This document shows, piece by piece, positions 24,722 to 37,739 of a DNA stretch of 64,000 nt. The notes beneath the pieces are model-generated. The model worked only from the letters and a program-made list of their open reading frames with translations. It was not told where the DNA came from and made no database searches. A program made the position numbers and the translations under genes. Position 1 is the first letter of the stretch; each line of letters opens with the position of its first letter. Source of the stretch: Octopus sinensis (Eukaryota); NCBI RefSeq assembly GCF_006345805.1, contig NC_043013.1, positions 14,632,001 through 14,696,000 of the forward strand. The letters are read 5' to 3'.

Positions 24722-25682
24722 TTCAAACTCAATCAAAATGAAAAAAAAAGGAATCGGAGCTTATCCGTCTTCTCTCCACTAACGAGGGTAAGGATTAGTG
24801 TAACGAAAGGGGAAGACGAGTAATTCCCGATTTTTAACATCAAAATAGTTGTTGAAAAAAATCAAACCATAATAACCATTAATAATAATAATGAAATTAG
24901 TATATCAATTAAACTTAACATTCGTACCTGATCGGAGGTTCATTATCGAAAACGATTGACGAATCGATCATTACTCCAGCCAAAACAGTAATTAATATAT
25001 AGTTTTTTAAGATATATTAAAGAACGAGAGAAGAGACTAGGAAGACGGCAAGTCTGTACGTCTCCATCGAACAATAACTTCGCTCTCACTCACACTCATA
25101 CCAACACTCTCTCCCTCTATCTATCTATCTATCTTTATCTCCCTTCGTCTTTCGATATCTTTCTCTCTCTCTCTCTGTTTTTCCCTTATTCTCTCGCTTT
25201 CGACTCAAACCAAGTGCTTTGGAGTTCCGGAAGAGTTACTTCCCCGTAATGTAGAAAACAGTCACTAGGACAAAATCTTAATTAAGCTTCACTTCTCAGG
25301 TGGAATTTAGAAAAACAGCGAGATAAAATATTAAGTACCCTAGATCTGTTGTTGTTGCTGATGGTGTTATTGCTTAACCCTAGGTCAAATCTGATCCAAC
25401 GTACATATGAAGCCTAAAGCCTTTCCAGCCGTGACATTCCGTATTTTGCCTGATGCAGATTATCTAGGATCACCCCATTAAATGGGTACCCTTTTTGTTA
25501 AGATCTAAGTGAGATATGAAGGCAATATAGCTCATATTTCTAGAAGGTCAAGCGACCATGTAAAGGCCCCATAGTTTTGGATGAAGAGGGTTTGAATTTA
25601 AAGCTCACACACAATTATATAACAAAGCAAGAGAATCATTTTCAGTTAATGTTCACTTTTCATGCTGGTATGGATTAGCTGG

Positions 25683-25928
25683 TGGAGATGCATGGCTTAG
25701 TGGTTAGGGTGTCAGCATCGTGATCATAAGATTGTGGTTTTGATTCCTGGACCGAGCGACACGTTGTGTTCTTGAGCAAAACACTTCATTTCACATTGCT
25801 CCAGTCCACTCAGCTGGCAAAAATGATTAACGCTGCGATGGACTGGCATCCCGTCCAGCCGGGGAACACATATGCCATTGAAACCGGGAAACCGGGCCCA
25901 TGAGCCTGGCTAGGCTTTAAAAAGGGCG
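25683..25928 (+). mobile_element. tRNA-derived SINE with a V-domain-like core
   Basis: A-box-like tggcttagtgg, B-box-like gattcctgg, and core gcgatggactggcatcccgtccag. Confidence 0.65.
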
Positions 25929-27617
25929 AGAGAGAGAGAGAGAGATGGATTAGATGGCTCACCATAGTTTGAATCAGTTCTTAAGTGGAGATATTCCCAC
26001 ATAGGTGTGCCAAGGGACAATGTCATACTAATACCTTTTATATCTGGCATGGTTTCTATGGCTACATGCCCTTCCAAATACCAACCACTTTATAGTTATA
26101 TGCATTATGTGTTTTATTATTACAACAACACTGATAAGGTTGCTTTCTATCTCACAAGACAAAAAGGTCCTCTATGACTGCACGCCCTTCTTACTGCCAA
26201 CCATTTTATAATTTTGTATTATGTGTGCTTTATTATGGCACCAACATCTGTAAGGTTGTGTTATACTTCACAAGACAAAAGAGTTCCCTATGCTGTTGCC
26301 ATTTGTTCAGAGCGTCATGGCTAACGAAGCAGGTGGAAGAGAGAGCAACTGTAAAAGGTAAACTGGGATGAGAGGTAAAGAGAAGCAAATGTTTGAAGAG
26401 GGAAAAAGAGTTATTAAGGTGACAGCTGAATGGAAGAGTCATGAGAAATGGGAGAGACATTGCTAGAAATAGCAATGAAGAGAGATACCAATAGTAATAA
26501 AAAGAAGACACAAATAGGGAAATAAGTCTTGCATCTACAGGAAGAAGGGGTATCTGATGGTTTGAAAATACTTTTTCCATAGGGAAAGATGTGTGTTTAA
26601 GCATGTTGTTATTTAAATAATACCAGTGCAGTAATGATTCTGCCAGCTCACAACATTGATGACGATGATGATGAGAGTGGTGGTGGTGGTGGCAGCAGTA
26701 GTGGTGGTGGTGTTGACGAGGAGGAGGATTTCAGATTTTGGCACAAGACCAGCAATTTCGGTCGAGGAGGGGGTAAATCAGTTACACCAACCCCAGTGTT
26801 CAACTGGTCTGTGTTTGTCCCACACTACCACTCGACAACCAGTGCTGGTACGTTTACATCCTTGTAACTTAGCAGTTCAGCAAAAGTGGCTGACGGAATA
26901 AGTACCAGGTTTAAAGAAAAAAGTCTTGGGGTCGATTTCTTTGACTAAAAAACCCTTTAAGGTGGTGCCCCAGCATGGCTGCAATCAAATGACTGAAACA
27001 AGTATTCTTTTATTCTTTTATTTGTTTCAGTCATTTGACTGTGGCCACACTGGAGCACTGCCTCTAGTCGAACAAATCAACACCAGGGCTTATTCTTTGT
27101 AAGCTTAGTACTTATTCTATTGCTCTCTTTTTGCCAAACCACTAAGTTATGGGGACATAAACACACCAGCATCCTTTGTCAAATGATGGTGAGGGGACAA
27201 ACACAGACACACAAACATATACGTAAGTATATATATGTATATATATACATATACATATATATATATATATATATATAGATAGATAGATGTGTATATATAT
27301 ATATCATCATCATCATCATCATTTAGCGTCCGTTCTCCATGCTAGCATGGGTTGGACGGTTCAACTGGGGTCTGTGAAGCTGGAAGGCTTCATCAGGCCC
27401 AGTCAGATCTGGCAGTGTTTCTATGGCTGGATGCCCTTCCTAACGCCAACCACTCCGTGAGTGTAGTGGGTGCTTTACACGTATATAAATGTATATATGT
27501 ATGTGTGTATGTGTCTATATATATAAATGTATGTATGTATGTGTGTATGTGTCTATATATATATAAAAGAGTATGTGTATATATGCGTATATTATTTATA
27601 TGTGTGTGTGTGTATGC

Positions 27618-27683
<66 letters not shown>

Positions 27684-28329
27684 ATGGGCTTCTTTCAGTT
27701 TCCATCTACCAAATCCATTCACAAAGCTTTGGTCGGCCCGAGGCTATAGTAGAAAACACTTGCCAAAAGTACCAAACAGTGAGACTGGACCAAGAACCAT
27801 ATGGTTGGGAAGCAAGCTTTTTACCACACAGCCACTCAAGACCCCTTGAGGAAATAAAACAAACTATATTAGAAACATAAAATTTCCCCCTACACAAACA
27901 TATACCCTGAAAAAGTCAGTGACTGGCATTCTCCCTCCTCAACATGGACCTGATATGAACCCAGTATTTCAAAGTCATGTAGGATTCTATAATACTGAAG
28001 TGGAGCTTATTTCAGCTACGGTCAGCTGGAGCCAGCTATACATATACTAAGATGAAACAGTCCAGTCATGGGTTCTTCTTTTATGTCCCATCTTTGCAGC
28101 ATTTCACATGACCACAAGAGAAAGTGAGAAATGTCAAGTAAGGAACATATGATATGCACAAGTGATATTGATGAGATACTTGTGATGATGGACGCACTAG
28201 AATGTGTCAAGAGATTAAAGGTTGACTTGGACAACAATTCTGTCCTACAATTCAATATCCAAAAGTTATTCAAATATATAATGACACAATAACTCTATTT
28301 CTAGATATAAACATTGAGATAATAATAAT

Positions 28330-28471
28330 AACAATAATAAACACCCCACCCCCAAAATATATGGCACACTAGGCATAACAACAACATGAACTTCCAACCC
28401 TGTTGTCTCTTGAGGTCTCTGGGTGAGACTTGGAGCCAACTTGTACTAATATAAAGCAAAAGTCAAACATA

Positions 28472-28513
<42 letters not shown>
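28330..28513 (+). mobile_element. Probable Dong/R4 3' terminus flanked by (TAA)n
   Basis: Short unique segment (gaggtctctgggtgagacttggagcc) embedded between AAT repeats. Confidence 0.4.
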
Positions 28514-28514
<1 letters not shown>

Positions 28515-28620
28515 CTTTTTTTTGACAAAGACATTTGGGGTAAGGTAAAACAGCAAAATGTTGACATTTTGTGTCAATAATATAATAGTAATAGTAATAG
28601 TAATAATAATAATGATAATA

Positions 28621-28659
<39 letters not shown>

Positions 28660-29105
28660 GTAAAATAATAGTAACATGATTATAGACAATTGCCGGAGCA
28701 AAAAGAGGAATCTGAGTATGGTATGGATAGACTACAGGAAAGCATTTGATAGCGTCCCACATAATTGGTTACTCGAGGCCCTTGAGATATATATGATCTT
28801 TCCTGTCGTCTCCAAATTCTCACAAGGTAGCATGGCCAAGTGGCACACACATCTTCTAAACCATAGTAATGGGATGAGCCAATCTAACAACCTCAATATC
28901 AAACGAGGCATCTTTCAAGGTGACTCCGTCTCTCCATTCTTCTTTTGCATGGCACTGATCCCACTCTCAAGTGAAATAAATAACACCAGGTATGGGTTCA
29001 AAGTTCATAATTCAACTATAAACCATCTGTTTTATATGGACGATCTGAAACTGGTTGCTATAAATGACGAAGAACTTGTAGGTCTGGTAACAACTATTAA
29101 AGAGT
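28660..29105 (+). mobile_element. Dong/R4-clade LINE reverse-transcriptase fragment
   Basis: WIDYRKAFDSVPHNW, IKRGIFQGDSVSP, INHLFYMDDLKL; begins directly after a (TAA)n tract. Confidence 0.85.
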
Positions 29106-29366
29106 AAAGATTGTTTGCCAACATAACAGCCAGCTGGCTATACGAATCTAGCAATCGACTAGTCCCTACCCCAAAAATTTCAGGCCCTGTGCCATCAGTA
29201 GAAAGGATTATTATCCTTCTTTAGGTGGTGAGCTGGCAGAATCATTAGCAGTGGCATTTCACCCATTGCTGTGTTCTGAGTTCAAATTCCACCAAGGCCA
29301 ACTTTGCCTTTCGTCTTTTCAGGGTCGATAGTAGAAAGGATTATTGTTGTTATTATTATTATCATT

Positions 29367-29804
29367 GGATCCTTTCGGTTTGAACGGCAGTTTTTTTCTA
29401 GCGGTGTCATATGAAATTGTCACCCATAATTATGACCCTAGTATCGATCTATTGCATTTCAATCTGTTTTAGGGTTAGGGTTATAGTTAGGTTTAGGGTT
29501 AGGGGGTGGGGGGAAGGGTATTTTTTTCCTTCAGAAATGTAAATAAACCCAATCTGTTTCTTAAACGAGGGACATTTTCATATGGCAGAGAATGTTTTCA
29601 CCTCAGTAGACGTCACTGATTGGTTGAAATTGCAGAAATTGAAGAAAAAAAGAACAACAAATATCTTACGAACTATAGAATTTTCTCAATAAAGCCAAGA
29701 GAAAAAGAAATTTTTTAAACACATTCTACCAATATACGAAGTTTAAAAGTGTTTAGTTACATGGAAATTATTTTTAAAAACTGCTGGTCAAACCGAAAAG
29801 ATCC
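29367..29804. mobile_element. Second copy of the GGATC-TIR MITE
   Basis: Nearly identical to 18042-18460; perfect 8-bp TSD ttatcatt. Confidence 0.85.
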
Positions 29805-30507
29805 TTATCATTATTTCAGGTCCTTTATACTAAAGCAGCTAATAAACGCCAGTATTGCATTGTCAGCACAAATATAAAAATAGCAGTGATGACATCTCTG
29901 CTTTGATTCTCCACCACAAGCAAAGCACTACATGAAGATATCTAATCAACTAATCAACAATAAAATTAATCAACAAGTTATTCAAACAAACTAGCAAACG
30001 AAGCAACAGGACAATAATTATAATGCAGTAGACACACATCAAACACCACACCTATTAAATACACATATTAAAACAAAAAAACAAGCTGCTTATAAAATGC
30101 ATTACATGAATGAACTGAACATACACTCATCAACATCATTATTATCATCAACACTAACACCACCACCACCACAATCACAACCATCATAACAACCACTACT
30201 ACCACCATATTTCCTACTATTACCCATGGTGTCAAAAGTATATTTCCAAAATTACCTGTCATGCCTTAATGATAATAATAATAATAATAGTAATAATAAT
30301 CCTTTCTATTATAGGTACGAGGCCTAAAATTTGGGGGAGAGGGACAGTCAATAACATCGACTCCAGCACTCAACTGGTATTTAATTTGTCGACCCAGAAA
30401 GGATGAAAGGTAAAGTCAAACTCGTCAGAATTTGAACTCAGGACATAGTGACAGGTGAAAAACCACTAAGCATTTCATCCAGGGTGCTAACAACTCTGCC
30501 AGCTAAC

Positions 30508-30515
30508 CACCTTCA

Positions 30516-30608
<93 letters not shown>

Positions 30609-30652
30609 GGTGGTGGTGGTGGTGGTGGTGATGATGATGATAATGATGATGA
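30508..30652. repeat. Compound trinucleotide repeat (AAT)n(GAT)n(GGT)n(GAT)n
   Basis: Directly visible; similar compound tracts at about 37340-37490, 40455-40532 and 44390-44590. Confidence 0.95.
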
Positions 30653-31483
30653 TCCTTTCTATTATAGGCACGAGGCCTGAAATTTTGTGGGAGGGGATTA
30701 GTTGATTACTTTGACCCCAGTGTTTCACTGGCACATAATTTATTGACCCCGAAAGGATGAAAGGCAAAGTCAACCTCGGTAGAATTTGAACTCAGGGAGA
30801 TTTAGTGTGACACAGAATGTTGCAAGGTTGGTCCTTTGAATTACAGGTATTACTAATTTTTGCCAGCTGAGTGGACTAGAGCAATGTGAAATAAAGGGTC
30901 TTGCTCAAGGATACAATGACCTGCTGGGAATTGAACTCATGGCCTTATGATCGTGAGCTGAATACTCTGACTACTAAGCCACAAACCTTCATTGCATACA
31001 AACATACATACATACATACATACATCATCATCATCATCATCATCGTTTAACGTCCGTTCTCCATGCTAGCATGGGTTGGACGGTTCAACCGGGGTCTGGG
31101 AAGCCAGAAGGCTGAACCAGGCTCCAGTCTGATCTGGCAGTGTTTCTACAGCTGGATGCCCTTCCTAACGCCAACCACTCCGTGAGTGTAGTGTCTTATC
31201 TGGCAATGAGTGTAGTGGGTGCTTTTTACGTGCCACCTACATACATACATACTCTTTACGCTTTTTCTTGTTTCAGTCATTTGACAGCAGCCATACTGAA
31301 GCACTGCCTTTAGTCGAGCAAATCGACCCCAGGACTTATTCTTTGTAAGCCTAGTACTTATTCTATCGGCTTCTTTTGCCGAACCGCTAAGTTATGGGAA
31401 CATAAACACACCAGCATCGGTTGTCAAGTGATGTTGGAGCACACAAACACAGACACACAAGCATACACACACACATACACACA

Positions 31484-31571
<88 letters not shown>

Positions 31572-31855
31572 CAACGGGTTTCTTTCAGTTTCCGTCTACC
31601 AAATCCACTCACAAGGCTTTGGTCAGCCCAAGGGTATAGTAGAAGACACTTGGCCAAGGTGCCACGCAGTGGGACTGAACCCGGAACCATGTGGTTGGTA
31701 AGCAAGCTACTTACCACACAGCCACTCCTGCGCCTACATACATACATACATGCATACATACATACATACATACATACATACATACATACATACATACATA
31801 CATAATACATACATACATACATACATACATACAGATATACATATATACATACATA

Positions 31856-31888
<33 letters not shown>

Positions 31889-32124
31889 CATACATACATA
31901 CATACATACATACATAACACATACATACATACATACATATATGGATACACACGACTACACTAACACATGTAGATACATACCTGAATTCCTTTCCCATATT
32001 AAAAGACATTGACTTCAATTATTGCTATTTTTAGCAGTCTGTCCAATCTTCTATTTATGGTGCATCTAAAACCACATTAATTAATGTATTACTCCATGTC
32101 GCTATTGTTGTTGATAAGCACCCT

Positions 32125-32204
32125 CTCCTCCAAGGTCAGTCCTCCTCCAAGGTCAGTCCTCCTCCAAGGTCAGTCTCCAAGGTCAGTCTCCTCCAAGGTC
32201 AGTC
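32125..32204 (+). repeat. 13-17 bp minisatellite, five CCAAGGTCA units
   Basis: CCAAGGTCA starts at 32130, 32147, 32164, 32177 and 32193. Confidence 0.9.
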
Positions 32205-32431
32205 CTGATCCAGTAGACTTATGATCAAAGCCGCTCCTGCTGCTGTCATCTCATCCTTTATTCAGGCATAGTGTATCTAGAACAGCTTTAACAAAGCCTA
32301 AAGCCCTCCTGTATCATTGTTAGTTATGTCCCACCCCTAGAGCAGTTTTAATCCAGCAGGCTTTCTATGACAGCTGCTCCAGCTGTTATCAAATTCATCT
32401 TCTATTCATCAATAATGTATCTAGGACTAAG

Positions 32432-33000
32432 GCTGCGAGCTGGCAGCAACGTTAGCATGCCAGGCGAAATGCTTAGCGGTATTTCGTCTGCTGCTACGTT
32501 CTGAGTTCAAATTCCACCGAGGTTGACTTTGCCTTTCATCCTTTCGAGGTCGATTAAATAAGTACCAGTTATGCACTGTTGTCGATATAATTGACTTAAT
32601 CCATCTGTCTCTCCTCGTTTGTCCTCTCTGTGTTTAGCCCCTTGTGGGTAGTAAAGAAATAGGTATTTCGTCTTTCTTATGTTTTGAGTTCAAATTCTGC
32701 CGAGGTCGACTTTGCCTTTCATCCTTTCGAGGTCGATAAATTAGGTACCAGTTACACACTGGGGTCGATGTAATCGACTTAATCTGTTTGTCTGTTCTTG
32801 TTTGTCCCCTCTGTGTGGGCAGTAAAGACATAGGTATTTCGTCTCTCTTTATGTTCTGAGTTCAAATTCTGCCCAGGTCAACTTTGCCTTTCATCCTTTC
32901 GGTGGTTGATAAATTACATACCATTTGCATACTGGGGTTGATCTAATCGACTGGCTCCCTCCCACAAAATTTTGGGTCTTGTGCCTAGAGTAATAAAAGA
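32432..33000 (+). mobile_element. SINE family S2 as a tandem trimer (dimer at 39146-39552; single copies at about 735-945, 22880-23050, 30300-30500, 40250-40445, 55250-55410, 56580-56720)
   Basis: Head ggtgagctggcag; unit ttctgagttcaaattcc..gaggtcgactttgcctttcatcctttcggggtcgat repeated three times. Confidence 0.75.
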
Positions 33001-34213
33001 ATAATGTATTTAGGGCTACATTGTCAAATGTATTCTTGTGGTTGGTGTTGGTGTTGTTGATTAACACAACTTAAGTCAGCTCTAATCCTGTAAATTTTCC
33101 ATGAAGCTGTTCTGTTTTCATCCAATTTTCTATTCAGCCATTGTGTACCTAGGACTACATTATCTAATGTACCTTTCCTTGTTATTATTGTTATTGTTGT
33201 CGTTACGTTATTGTTGTTTTTGCTTAACTCCCACATCACCACTGATCCTGCTAGCCTATTCATTTTTTTTTCTATTTTATTTTTATTTTTATTTTTAATT
33301 TTAATTTTTATTCTTTTACTTGTTTCAGTCATTTGACTGTGGCCGTGCTGGAGCACTGCCTTGAAGGGTTTTAGTCAAACGAATCGACCCCAGGAGTTAT
33401 TTTTTAAGCCTAATACTTACTCTATCGGTCACCTTTGCTGAACCGCTAAGTTATGGGGATATAAACACACTGACACTAGTTGTCAAGCAGTGTCCCTAAT
33501 GGCCCAATCAACTACATGACTCTGTGTCAATGACATGTGGTAGGTAAAAATAACCACAAACGAGAATGTGTTGAAGTGCTGCATATTGTGTTAATCATCT
33601 TCAGTGAAAGTGTGCAGCTTAGTGGTGAGGGTATTTGGTTCATAACTGTAAGGTCCTGAGTTTGATTCCTGGCAGTTCATTGCGTTCTTGAGCAAAACAC
33701 TTTATTTTATGTTCCTGTTCATTTAGCTGGCAAAAATGAATAGTACCTGTATTTCAAAGGGCCAGCCTTGTCACATTCTGTGTCACGCTGAATCTCCCTG
33801 AGAACTACGCATGTTTGAGGAGCGCTCAGCCACTTGCATGTTAATTTCATGAGCAGGCTGTTCTTTTGATTGGATCAACTGAAACCCTCTTCATTGTAAG
33901 CAATGGACTGCCACAATCATCTACAATGTGAGGGGCCACATAATCCACCATTCAAGCCCAGGTCTCATTTGCCGCCTGACCAGCAGTCCCTTTTCTGCCA
34001 GCCATTCCAATAACTAGTCTGCAGTAAAGGTTCTTATCTATAGTTTGTTTCTTACTAGTTCATGGGCAATGCTCTACAATAAATTTATTTAACCAATTAA
34101 TCTACCATAAGATTATGGCCATTTTGCAATCTTCTGTTTGTAGTATTAATTTCAGTAAGAAATTTATTCATTCTATAATGAATAGCACCACAGTATGCCT
34201 TTTCTCTGTTATT

Positions 34214-35110
34214 TCTCAGCGACGTGCAGCCAAAAGAATACTCTCCATCAAGCATTTGCCATATTCTGAATGCCTTACTTCCCTGGGCCTGGACACATTG
34301 AGACTCCGACGTCTGGCAGCTGACTTGGCAGACACTCATAAAATTATTAACCATCTTACTAACAATAACTCTGAGCACCTTTTCAAACTCCACATTTCTA
34401 ACACCCGTGGACATGTTTACAAAGTCAGAAAACAGCACAGCTCCCATCATCATCATCATCATCATCGTTTAGCGTCCGTTTTCCATGCTAGCATGGGTTG
34501 GACGGGTCAACTGGGGTCTGTGAAGCTGGAAGGCTTCGTCAGGCCCAGTCAGATCTGGCAGTGTTTCTACGGCTGGATGCCCTTCCTAACGCCAACCACT
34601 CCGCGAGTGTAGTGGGTGTTTTTTACGTGCCACCTGCACAGGTGCCAGACAGAGCTGGCGAACGGCCACGAACGGATGGTGCTTTTACGTGTCACCGGCA
34701 CGGGGCCAGGCGATGCTGGCAACGGACACGAACGGATGGTGCTTTTATGTGCCACCGACACGAGGCCAGACAGAGCTGGCAACCGGCCACGAACGGACGG
34801 TGCTTTTACGTGTCACCATGACTTTCGGAAACATTTTTTTCACACTAAGAGTTGCTGAAGCATGGAACAAACTGCCGGCATCAGTTGTTAGTTGTCAGAG
34901 CACTGTATCCTTCAAAACTTCCATGCTTCCTGAGATTCGCCAGCACTACACCTGATTGTCTCCCCTCCATACACACACAAGCATGTATCTGACTAATACG
35001 CTGTTTGCTTTCCAGACATTTGTACATTACAGCATATACTTTATATGCACTTTTGAAAAGTTGTGGTGCACCTGAGCACTGTATACAATAATTTCATTAT
35101 TATTATTATT
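34214..35110 (+). mobile_element. CR1-clade LINE 3' fragment with a nested SINE (34448-34815)
   Basis: Collinear with 48600-49030; ends in (TTA)n. Confidence 0.85.
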
Positions 35111-35736
35111 TACCTTTTACTGATCAAATCAAATCAACTTCGTCCAGTTCTACTCTTCTGTACCTTGTAAATACAAAGAGTGAATTTTGTGTATTTATTT
35201 AGAGTTGAAAAGCTGGCACTTTGTCTGTTACAACAACAAGGGTTCCAGTTGATCCGATCAACAGAATGCCCCGCTCGTGAAATTGACATGGAAGTGGCTG
35301 AGCACTCTGCAGACACATGTACCCCCAACATAGTTCTCAGGGAGATTCAGCATGACACAGAACATGATAAGGCTGGCCCTTTGAAATACAAGTGCTACTC
35401 ATTTTGGCAAGCTGAGTGGACTGGAACAATGTGAAATAAAATGTTTTGCTCAAGAATACAATGTGTCACCGAGAATTGAACTCATGACCTTAAACTCGTG
35501 AGCCAAATACCCTAACCTCTAAACCACGTACCTTCATACTTATAGTTGAACTGTTCATGTAACCATGATGTCCTGGTGATCTGATGAGCTGGCTTTCTTT
35601 ATTCACATTGATTTGTGAATACAATAATCCTTCAACTGTTGCAGTTATTACATTCCAAAACCCCACGTGATAGGTGAAAATTCATGACGTGAAGCAGAAA
35701 CAGTACTGTACTGTATATTTTTTTAATTATTTTTAT

Positions 35737-36133
35737 AACTAGCAGTATAGCCCTGTGATGCTCGGGTTTGTTATCTTTTCGACCCTTTAGAATTGGAAAT
35801 TTTGAAAAGTAAAAATTTTGCATTATCTAGCTTGTTATTCTCTTTAAGTGAATATTTTTCTGGTTGAAATACACCGAAAAATGTCGACACAGCAGTCAAA
35901 AAATCGTAAAAAATAGGGATTTTCATAGAAAAAAAGCACCTTTTTGATTTAAATAATATTTGATGTTAACATGGTCCGATTTGAATTTTATCTTCTACTG
36001 AAGGAAGAGCAAGCCTTCTATCATACTCTCAATTTTGGTCAATTTGCACCGCAGGGTCTCGGAGGAGATAGTGTTAGTTGAAGGCTACCATACCTGCCAT
36101 ACACAGACAACTTCAGCTTTATATAGAGAGAGA
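35737..36133 (+). mobile_element. Helentron-associated non-autonomous element (HINE/DINE-1-like)
   Basis: 5' aACTAGcagtatagccc..gctcggg sub-terminal palindrome; 3' cagacaacttcagctttatatag end; inserted in a T-rich site. Confidence 0.6.
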
Positions 36134-36992
36134 TTTGTAAATATCTATTTTATTATAAATGCAAAACAACACCACACACTAGCTTCCCATGTTTCATTTT
36201 CCATACAGTATGTGCAGTTCTTTGTTTACTCATCTATGGTACACTACAAGTTTTCTTTTAATATATTTTAATTAATGTGTTAATTATTTAATTAATGCAA
36301 TACTGTACTATATTTTTATTTATTAATTTATTCATTTTTAGGCATGAAAATATTTATTTTACCACAAATTATTAAAGTCTAAAAAAAATATAAATACCCA
36401 TTGGCCACTGAAACCCAAAATATACTGAGGAGTCCATAATATAAATTTACACATGCCAGCGCCACCTTGACTGGCTTCCGTGCCGGTGGCATGTAAAAAG
36501 CACCAACCATTTGTGGCCGTTGCCAGCCTACTCTGGCACCTGTGCTGGTGGCACATAAAAAGCACCATCCATACGTGGCCAATGCCAGCGCCACCTTGAC
36601 TGGCTTCGTGTAGGTGGCACATAAAAACTACCAACCGATCGTGGCTGTTGCCAGCTTCCCCTGGCACCTGAGCCGGTGGCACATAAAAAGCACCCACTAC
36701 ACTCACGGAGTGGTTGGCGTTAGGAAGGGCATCCAGCTGTAGAAACACTGCCAGATCAGACTGGAATTTGGTGCAGCCTCCAGGCTTCCAACACCCCGGT
36801 TGAACCGCCCAACCCATGCTAGCATGGAAAACAGATGTTAAACGATGATGACGATGATGATGATGATGATTAGCCAGAAAAATCCACATTTTTCTGAGAG
36901 CATGATAGATGAACTGCAATATGGCAAGTGATTACTGTATACAACTGTATTGTATAACGCTGAGTATACGTATTAATTGTTGTGGCAGACAC

Positions 36993-37088
36993 CTCCAGGT
37001 GAGGAGTGGGCCAGTCCACTACAAACAAATGGTAGACTGACACACAGTCAGTAATGTCAGACAGCAAGGTACACTGTTCGGCCCAGTC
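36993..37088 (-). CDS. Candidate internal exon of an unidentified minus-strand gene
   Basis: Strong acceptor tatttcgttgtctctgcag; 96 nt open in phase 0-0 (DWAEQCTLLSDITDCVSVYHLFVVDWPTPHLE); the other two frames hit stops; weaker donor GAG|gtgtct; non-repetitive sequence. Confidence 0.35.
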
Positions 37089-37382
37089 CTGCAGAGACAA
37101 CGAAATACGTGGTCATAAAGTAGGACACAACATTAAAGCAAGCAGGTCTTCTTGCATACTGAAATTAATACTACGTGAAGGTTGTGAAACAGCTGTAATC
37201 CTATAGAAGTTACATGGTTAAATAAATATTTACACCTCATACCTCCTGGCTTTATGCTAGATATAGATATAGGTGTTTTGTTTAAGAAACAAGTATCAGG
37301 TTTTACCTATAGATTTCCATTTGTCCCATTCTTGTCTGTGTTGGTGGTAGTAGTAGTGGTGGTGGTGGTGGTGGTGTTAGTT

Positions 37383-37413
<31 letters not shown>

Positions 37414-37739
37414 CAGCAGCAGCGGTGAAGTGGGAGTTGTGCTGCTGCTGCTGCTGCTGCTGCTACTAGTGGTGGTGGCAGTGGAGGTAGTGACTGTCCA
37501 TTCAACTCTAAAACCATACTCCCATAAATCATTTAAAATATTAGTAATAACAACAACAAACACTGCTATGCAGGTCAACACTTACTTTAGTTGTGTTCAT
37601 TGTTGTTACTATCACTGTTGTTGTTGTTTATACCTAGGTAGGTCAGCTATAATCAAAGACTTTCCAGCTGTAACCATCATATTATTTTTCTTAATCAAAC
37701 ATTGTTTATTTAGATACTTGGGCAAAACATTTAAACTGT

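Noticed and set aside
28100-28137. Plus-strand 38-nt exon candidate (tttgcag...CAA|gtaagg; FHMTTRESEKCQ)
   Set aside because: Good splice signals, but no partner exons or homology, and it conflicts with the minus-strand candidates; a chance occurrence is plausible.
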